Below, one piece after another: positions 17,342-20,000 of a DNA stretch of 20,000 bases (position 1 is the stretch's first letter; each line of letters opens with the position of its first letter). The DNA lies in IMG/VR virus record IMGVR_UViG_3300032116_000172; one strand, given 5' to 3'. This stretch comes from an uncultured virus (IMG/VR IMGVR_UViG_3300032116_000172) (taxonomy: Duplodnaviria > Heunggongvirae > Uroviricota > Caudoviricetes). The notes under the pieces were generated by a model, which searched no databases, was not told the origin of the DNA, and worked only from the letters and a program-made list of their open reading frames with translations. The translations under genes were made by a program, and so were the position numbers.

Positions 17342-17677
17342 TCAGCACTTACCGCCGTAAGCCATCTTGACGATCTTACCTTTGGTTTTACCCTTTTTGG
17401 CTAGACCATCAATACTAGGAGCCGCAGTCTTGACCGCGCCACCTTTTTTCATGCCTTTCATTTCGGCTTTTTCATGCTTGATCATGGCTTTAGGAGCGCC
17501 TTTTTTCTTCATGAACGCAACTTCTTCCTTAACCATCTTTTTTGACTCAGCCATACCGCCTCCAGATTTAGTAAACTCTTTCCCCACAGATTGCGGCACA
17601 CCGGCCTTCTTAGCAAATGCAGGGTTGTGGGCTACAGCCTGCATAAACCGTTCTTGCTTTTTACTAACGGCGGGCAT
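17342..17677 (-). CDS. Small basic protein (MKKGG, IDGLAKKGKTKG and MAYGG motifs)
   Basis: 111 aa beginning MPAVSKKQERFMQAVAHNPAFAKKAGVPQSVGKEF; TAATG coupling. Confidence 0.8.
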   Translation of the reverse strand: MPAVSKKQERFMQAVAHNPAFAKKAGVPQSVGKEFTKSGGGMAESKKMVKEEVAFMKKKGAPKAMIKHEKAEMKGMKKGGAVKTAAPSIDGLAKKGKTKGKIVKMAYGGKC

Positions 17678-17919
17678 TACACCATCCGCCCTTTAGTTTT
17701 ACCGCGTTGAGCGCAACCGTCTGCGCGTTTGGAAGCTGAACTAATTACTCCACCTTTAGCTTTTTTAACAGGTTTAGTCGGCCCTTCGTCAGGCGACGGC
17801 GGCTTCATACCTTCCCTAAAGATGTCAGCTTCTTTTTTGTCCTTACCTTGCGCGGGCGGAACGTAGGGCTTCTCTTCCCTCAACTGTTTTTTAAGTTCTT
17901 CAAAAGTGGGCGCGGCCAT
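17677..17919 (-). CDS. Small protein ending KAKGG...SASKRADGCAQRGKTKGRMV
   Basis: 80 aa; TGATG coupling; shares an identical 18-aa C-terminal motif with the upstream gene. Confidence 0.8.
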   Translation of the reverse strand: MAAPTFEELKKQLREEKPYVPPAQGKDKKEADIFREGMKPPSPDEGPTKPVKKAKGGVISSASKRADGCAQRGKTKGRMV

Positions 17920-18377
17920 CAGATCACCCTGCCTTTCGTCTTACCACGCTGGGCGCAGCCATCAGCACGTTTGGAGGCAGAACCCACGGAACCACCTTTC
18001 TTGTACCCAACGCCAGCTTTCACACGCTCAACTGCCAAGTCCATTTTGCGCTTGTCACGCGTAGCTCTAGTTTCTTTGTCGCGGTTGTATTTGTCTAGCG
18101 GGGAAGAATCAGAACCATCGCGGGTAGCTTGACCACGCTTCATCACATCTGCGCCAGATTCCATAGTGTTTACACTGATAGGAAATTCCTGCGCACCTCT
18201 AAGACGGGGGCGGGGCATTTTAGGGCGAGGACGGGGGCGTGGGGTAACGTCAGGTTCCAGCGCAAGATTCCTGCCGGGACGCATACCATCGTCTTCAGCA
18301 GGAGAACCGGCAAAAATTTTATATTTGCCTTCTTCGTCGCTCATACCACCAACGGCATACCGTTTGGTTTTCTTCAT
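17919..18377 (-). CDS. Low-complexity charged protein ending YKKGG...SASKRADGCAQRGKTKGRVI
   Basis: 152 aa; ATGA overlap; contains YAVGG, a PRPRPRP tract and the shared C-terminal motif. Confidence 0.8.
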   Translation of the reverse strand: MKKTKRYAVGGMSDEEGKYKIFAGSPAEDDGMRPGRNLALEPDVTPRPRPRPKMPRPRLRGAQEFPISVNTMESGADVMKRGQATRDGSDSSPLDKYNRDKETRATRDKRKMDLAVERVKAGVGYKKGGSVGSASKRADGCAQRGKTKGRVI

Positions 18378-18628
18378 GACTTACCCCCAAAAAAGTGCAC
18401 CACTAGCGCGGTTATAATGTTACTTACGCCGCCTATAAACATGAGTACCTTCCAGCCGCCTTCGGCCTGTGACAACTTCTTGTCAATATTTTGAAGGGAT
18501 TGCTTTATGGACTCCATGTCGGAGACGAGCTTATCCATATCGTCTTGCAGATGTTTTATGTCGTTAGCATGAGTAGCTAACTCACGCGCAGTTTCAATTT
18601 CTGGAGCTACCATGTTTAACACTTCCAA
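18374..18628 (-). CDS. Coiled-coil protein with C-terminal TM helix (XhlA/holin-like topology)
   Basis: Heptad region IKHLQDDMDKLVSDMESIKQSLQNIDKKL, then GGWKVLMFIGGVSNIITALVVHFF. The start may be ATG 18613. Confidence 0.65.
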   Translation of the reverse strand: MEVLNMVAPEIETARELATHANDIKHLQDDMDKLVSDMESIKQSLQNIDKKLSQAEGGWKVLMFIGGVSNIITALVVHFFGGKS

Positions 18629-18870
18629 GCTCTCAAAGATTTATTAATGCGGCTATTCGGGTCGTTAGCTGTCTTAGATGAAGTCAGCTTTTTCTTCATC
18701 CCTGACATACGGGCACAGAATGATTTCTTCCGTGGCCCGCCTTCAGGTTGAGGAGCCTTAAGACCCGGTTTCCCCGGGTTGGCTTTGTTATAGGAAGCGC
18801 GTCCTTTGGCGTTCAAGCCACCCTTCTCGGACTTGCCCTCTTTACGCTGCCATGCCGGAGTCTTAGCCAT
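18616..18870 (-). CDS. Small basic conserved phage protein (DUF6321-like)
   Basis: MAKTPAWQRKEGKSEKGGLNAKGRASYN...RKKSFCARMSGMK...DPNSRINKSLRAWKC. Start at ATG 18870 rather than 18912. Confidence 0.75.
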   Translation of the reverse strand: MAKTPAWQRKEGKSEKGGLNAKGRASYNKANPGKPGLKAPQPEGGPRKKSFCARMSGMKKKLTSSKTANDPNSRINKSLRAWKC

Positions 18871-19135
18871 AGAACACCACGATGGTTGCGCTAGACAGCG
18901 TGGCATGTACATCAGTGTTGAACTTGATGCCTTCGCCGGGGAACAGAATATGCTCTGACCCTGCTGCCGCTGGTGCCGTAAACGAAAACCGCGTAGTACC
19001 GCTAGAACCGCCGTCCTTCAGGACAACCGTACCACCAGAGGCGTAGCTAACCGTCACCGCTTTTACACGGGTTGTATCAGCGTACGCCGTATTGGTAGAG
19101 GTTACCTGCGCGGCTTTTACGTCTGTTTGCATCAT
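18863..19135 (-). CDS. Small beta-rich virion protein (candidate capsid decoration)
   Basis: 90 aa, ending FPGEGIKFNTDVHATLSSATIVVFYG; AAGGAGG SD; second gene downstream of the capsid gene. Confidence 0.65.
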   Translation of the reverse strand: MMQTDVKAAQVTSTNTAYADTTRVKAVTVSYASGGTVVLKDGGSSGTTRFSFTAPAAAGSEHILFPGEGIKFNTDVHATLSSATIVVFYG

Positions 19136-19150
19136 GGCGATGCCTCCTTA

Positions 19151-19645
19151 TTAGACGTTTTGCATTCCGACATACGGGTCTTCTACGTAGTACACAATGT
19201 ACCCTGAACAAGGGCCTGTACCAGCGGATGCGCCAGTACGTGCAGTCAGGTAAACCATTTGTGTCAACGACATAGGAACGGCAAACGAAGCACCGGGCAA
19301 CGTAGCTGTAGCTAGTGTAGTAGTTGTACGAGTAGTCGGTTGCTCGTTAATCAAAGCAGCAGGGCTGGCTGTACCAGAAGTGTACAAGGTGAAACCGAAG
19401 TCCAACGTACCTGCGGTAGTAGATGCAACAGTAGTTGCGATCTCAATGATTACCGCGCCCGCTGGCAGGATAATGTTTTGACCAGTAACGGAAGCAGTAG
19501 TAGCTTGGTTTTTGAGGTTGCCAGCTTGAGTAGCAATATCAGCGACGTACCATTCGGCAGTCATAACGCCTGTGCCACAATACGCGGTGCGAGTTTGATC
19601 GCCGCCGCCCGAACGCCAAATACTTTGAGTGGTAGAAATACCCAT
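19151..19645 (-). CDS. Putative capsid decoration / minor capsid protein
   Basis: 164 aa, Thr/Ala-rich beta-sandwich pattern (IILPAGAVIIEI...GTLDFG...GYIVYYV), immediately downstream of the major capsid gene. Confidence 0.65.
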   Translation of the reverse strand: MGISTTQSIWRSGGGDQTRTAYCGTGVMTAEWYVADIATQAGNLKNQATTASVTGQNIILPAGAVIIEIATTVASTTAGTLDFGFTLYTSGTASPAALINEQPTTRTTTTLATATLPGASFAVPMSLTQMVYLTARTGASAGTGPCSGYIVYYVEDPYVGMQNV

Positions 19646-19654
19646 TTGAATTTT

Positions 19655-19730
19655 CCCTCATGCGGTTAGGTATGTCGATCTGCATGAAGTCAGGCCGGGA
19701 CCTGTTCGACATACCGGATATTCCCGGAAT
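19655..19730 (-). ncRNA. Pseudoknotted structured RNA, probably the Mu-gpT-DE (Mu-like gpT downstream element) motif
   Basis: Three perfect interleaved helices on the minus strand: CCGGGA/UCCCGG (19722-27 with 19695-700), GGUAUGUCGA/UCGACAUACC (19706-15 with 19669-78) and UCAUGC/GCAUGA (19682-87 with 19658-63). Located just 3' of a gpT-like capsid gene, the context described for that motif. Confidence 0.7.
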
Positions 19731-19735
19731 ACTTC

Positions 19736-19746
19736 CTTATATCATA
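19736..19746 (-). promoter_or_regulatory. Possible -10 / extended -10 element upstream of the RNA element
   Basis: Minus strand TATGATATAAG contains TATGAT and TGnTATAAG. No convincing -35 is present. Confidence 0.25.
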
Positions 19747-19747
19747 T

Positions 19748-19774
19748 AAAAAAGGGGGCCGGAACCCCCTTTTT
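19748..19774 (-). terminator. Rho-independent terminator after the major capsid gene (potentially bidirectional)
   Basis: Minus strand AAAAA-GGGGGT-TCCG-GCCCCC-TTTTTT directly after the tandem stops TAA TGA; A/T tracts on both flanks. Confidence 0.88.
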
Positions 19775-19776
19775 CA

Positions 19777-20000
19777 TTACGCACCAGCGGAGCCAAAAGC
19801 GCCCAGCGGATCAGAGACGCCGAAGCTATAACGCTCACGAGCCTTGTAACGAGCGTTGCCAGTATCGAAATCTCCGTCCATCGACTGCGACAGCGGCATA
19901 CGAATGAAGTGCTTCAGGCCGTTAGGCACATCTGTCGTCAGGAACCAAGCGTTCGGATCAGTCAGATAGTGGTTAACGGTGTAGCCTTCAGGGATCGAGC
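19777..20000 (-). CDS. Major capsid protein, Mu gpT-like (C-terminal fragment)
   Basis: Not in the ORF track (truncated by the window). Translation SIPEGYTVNHYLTDPNAWFLTTDVPNGLKHFIRMPLSQSMDGDFDTGNARYKARERYSFGVSDPLGAFGSAGA, followed by a terminator. Confidence 0.88.
   Translation of the reverse strand, partial: SIPEGYTVNHYLTDPNAWFLTTDVPNGLKHFIRMPLSQSMDGDFDTGNARYKARERYSFGVSDPLGAFGSAGA

Noticed and set aside
28..19669. All plus-strand ORFs in the track (e.g. 4327-4881, 3110-3346, 17367-17696)
   Set aside because: They are antisense shadows of convincing minus-strand genes, with no recognisable motifs or evident operon structure.
19655..19730. Hammerhead ribozyme or tRNA
   Set aside because: CUGA is present, but the CUGANGA...GAAA core is not, and there is no cloverleaf or T-loop.
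1..20000. Stop-codon reassignment
   Set aside because: Genes are intact in the standard code, and TAA, TAG and TGA all serve as stops at coupled junctions.

Overview
Late (virion morphogenesis plus lysis) operon of a tailed dsDNA bacteriophage, about 50% GC, with essentially every real gene on the minus strand and packed by overlapping or abutting stop/start codons. In transcription order (right to left): the 3' end of a Mu gpT-like major capsid gene; an intrinsic terminator; a compact pseudoknotted RNA element (probably the Mu-gpT-DE motif); two candidate capsid-accessory proteins; a cluster of small Lys/Arg-rich proteins sharing two short motifs; head-tail adaptor-like proteins; two small beta-rich fibre-subunit-like proteins; a lysine-free protein built from 18 x 20-aa and 12 Trp-phased 11-aa repeats; a LamG-containing tail fibre and its chaperone; a lysis cassette (two overlapping membrane proteins, one probably starting at ATT, a holin and a GH24 lysozyme); a tail fibre with a C-terminal S74 chaperone followed by a gp38-like adhesin; tandem cupins; and the start of a P22 gp10-like tail nozzle gene. 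Five genes missing from the ORF track were found by manual translation: three short ones and two truncated at the window edges. Family assignments come from motif recognition, not database searches.
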